Shown here: one piece after another, positions 61,686-64,000 of the stretch
How the letters are laid out: every line of letters begins with the position of its first letter
How positions within the stretch are numbered: position 1 is the first letter of the stretch
Assembly (NCBI RefSeq): GCF_018350175.1
Contig: NC_058368.1
Span: 73,782,001-73,846,000 of the forward strand
Direction: 5' to 3'
From: Felis catus
Taxonomy: Eukaryota
Length of the DNA: 64,000 nucleotides
Made by a program: the position numbers and the translations under genes
The notes under the pieces: generated by a model
Database searches by the model: none
The model's input: the letters and a program-made list of their open reading frames with translations, nothing else
What the model was told of the DNA's origin: nothing

Positions 61686-62799
61686 TTCATCACCCCCTGT
61701 TCCATCTCTTGCAGTTTTAATTCTATTTAAGAGTCACTAAAACAGCCTCGAAGTCTCTACTTGTCCCCAGTTTAACAGGAAGAGGGATGGGAAGAGATTA
61801 AAATATCCCGGGCTAGGAAGGTTCTAGAATACAAATGGCTGCCCATCACTTTTTGTCAAGGGTGGGTGTTCAAGTCTTCCCCTGGGTGGTTGTGTTCACT
61901 ACAGAAGTCTGGAAGGCCTTTTCTCCTTTGTCCAAGGTGGTGGAGGTTTTCCAGGGTTTTCCATTGTAGGAGCAAAATGATGAGATTAAACTATTATCAG
62001 GTGAAGCCACCTGCAGTCCCAATTTCAAAATATATTTTTGCCTTCAAATGACTTCTCTGGAGGAAAAGGGGCTATAAATCCCCTAAATAAATAATAATAA
62101 ATGTTCTGGTCTGTGTATGTATCACAGGGAGATTACTTTGGCATGCTGGCACTTAGCAAATGAGAAATGTCAAAACAAATAAACTGCTTAATCCATATTG
62201 GATCATGACAAATTGATTTGGAAATCCTGTTTTCTCCTATCAGGTGCTGCTTCAGAGATGGATTGTTTCACATTTTTTATACTGGCTTTGGGGCCTTTGA
62301 CTCATGTTATTGAGAATAGAAAGGCAATTTAGCAGTTCTAGGAGATACCTGACAAAATGCTTTAAAAAAAGTTTTTATCATCCTTTTCCTGAATTGATAT
62401 TTTATGTCACCTCTGTACAGAGTCATGGTTACATCAACTTTTTATGCTGGGAAAAATACTCTATTTAAGTATCTATAGCCATTTCCGTCATCTTCCATTT
62501 TTTATTAATTCATTCTGAATATCTATAAAGAAAGTTATCTGCTTTCAAATTATGCAGAATCCTAATGACTTTGGTAGCTATCACCATTCAATTACTGCTA
62601 AAGAGGGTCTTAATAAATTATTGTATTTAAAACAAACTGGTAAGAAGCCATTTCTTTTCTTATCAAATTAAGACTCGCAAGTTATACTTATGGCCATACT
62701 TTTACTTATTTCCTTACATTATTCTTCCTCAGCCACTTTCTTAGAAGCTTAATAGAATTAATAGATAAAACATACTGCTTTTGTGTCATCAAATCCCCA

Positions 62800-62945
62800 C
62801 CTGAAACTCACACCAACACTCAAAAATGGATGCTATTATCCCCTGCATATTGGAGAAGAGGAAACTGATACGCAGATTCAATAACTTGCCCAAAGGTCCT
62901 AGGTGACGAGTGACAACTCCTGGATTTGAATGTAGGCACTTGTGC
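62800..62945 (-). mobile_element. MIR SINE
   Basis: tattatcccc...gaggaaactga...aataacttgcccaaagg...ggatttgaa. Confidence 0.7.
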
Positions 62946-63073
62946 CGTTTTCCCTTAATAAGTGAAGGAAAGAAGTTCTAAATTGTCTCTTCAGGGGACA
63001 AAAACATTTTAGGCAGTCGTATTTCTTTTTACTTTATTTGCCAACTTAACATAAACTCAGAGCTTTACAAATA

Positions 63074-63309
63074 CAGTAAAACCTTGGATTGAGAGTAACT
63101 TCTGCGAGTGTTCCACAAGACAAGCAAACATTTCTAACAAATTTTAATGATTAACAAGCGATGTCTTACAGTACAGGTAGTACATGACACCGAACGTCAC
63201 ATGGTCACAGCTGAGCTAATGGTTCTTGAAATTCGCTTTTATGTACAAGTGCTTTGGATTACGAGCATGTTTCTGGAATGAATTATGCTCACAAACCAAG
63301 GTTTTACTC
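63074..63309 (+). mobile_element. Short Tigger MITE (236 bp), same family as 10306-11503
   Basis: TIR cagtaaaaccttgg...ccaaggttttact(c); TA flanks at 63072-63073 and 63310-63311; both arms align by eye to the ends of the long copy. Confidence 0.92.
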
Positions 63310-63765
63310 TACTTGGAATCCCTATTTCTCAGGCATATACTATTATTTCTTAGCAATGTTGTCACTGCAAGGGCTGCAAGGTGGGAGGGGGGTCACTACA
63401 AAGCCACATGATTTTGTAGGCAGTGTCAGTCCATGGGACGAGACATTGCAGACCAAGGAGTTCGGGATCTACTCCAGTCCTCCTTCTCAATCGGTTATGA
63501 AACACCATCAATCACATCAGCTTGTTCCACATTCACTCTGATTTGTGCTAAGGCTCAGCTCAGTCTGCTGTGTTGCTATGGCAACAGTCCCAGGATGGGT
63601 ACACAGAGTGACACCCCCACACCAATATCACGTGGGAAGACAGGACCACCAACGACAATGTGAAGGGTCATAAGAAGAATGTTCCATGCCAGAGGTTGTA
63701 AACAGGTGACTGCAGGCCAAGTATGGCACATAGATGTCTTGAGTTTGGCCAGTTAAGTATGTTGC

Positions 63766-63984
63766 TTTTTTTTTTTTTTTAATGTTTATTGATTTTTGAG
63801 AGAGACAGAGACAGAATGCGAGTGGGTTAGGGGTGGAGAGAGAGGGAGACACAGAATCGGAAGCAGGCTCCAGGATCTGAGCTGTCAGCACAGAGCCCGA
63901 CACGGGGCTTGAACTCATGAGCCGTGAGATCATGACCTGAGCTGAAGTCGGACACTCAACCAACTGAGCCACCCAGGTGCCCCT
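63766..63984 (-). mobile_element. Can-SINE
   Basis: gagacacagaatcggaagcaggctcc...gccacccaggtgcccc. Confidence 0.95.
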
Positions 63985-64000
63985 GAGTATTTTACTTTTA

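Noticed and set aside
3002..63972. Recurrent MAQSV...PASDSVSPSLSAPP ORFs as a gene family or CRISPR-like repeat array
   Set aside because: These are translations of dispersed Can-SINEs; there is no regular repeat-spacer period and the DNA is mammalian

Overview
Mammalian nuclear DNA from a felid (cat-like genome), judged from about 28 Can-SINEs that include young Felidae-type (SINEC_Fc-like) copies. I recognise no intact protein-coding gene; the window looks intergenic or deep-intronic and is dominated by transposon relics. These include L1s of several ages (one 3.66-kb 5'-truncated carnivore L1 with TSD), MIR and L2 fragments, solo LTRs (MLT1/MLT2, MER67-like and other ERV1/ERVL), and DNA transposons (two Tigger deletion derivatives, Charlie1-type, MER53, MER5). 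The only clear gene-derived sequence is a disabled processed pseudogene of NIFK (MKI67IP) at about 52.9-54.6 kb. A ~0.85-kb CA/TA low-complexity tract at 33.1-33.9 kb explains the long spurious ORFs there. The best second-look items are a ~455-bp internal inversion in the Charlie1 element, a MER53 hairpin carrying a miR-1302-like sequence, a three-deep nested SINE stack, a near-identical inverted young SINE pair, and several well-formed but unverified splice-site pairs. I found no convincing novel biological system. Repeat subfamily names and reference sequences come from memory and need RepeatMasker/Dfam confirmation; boundaries of old repeats are approximate.
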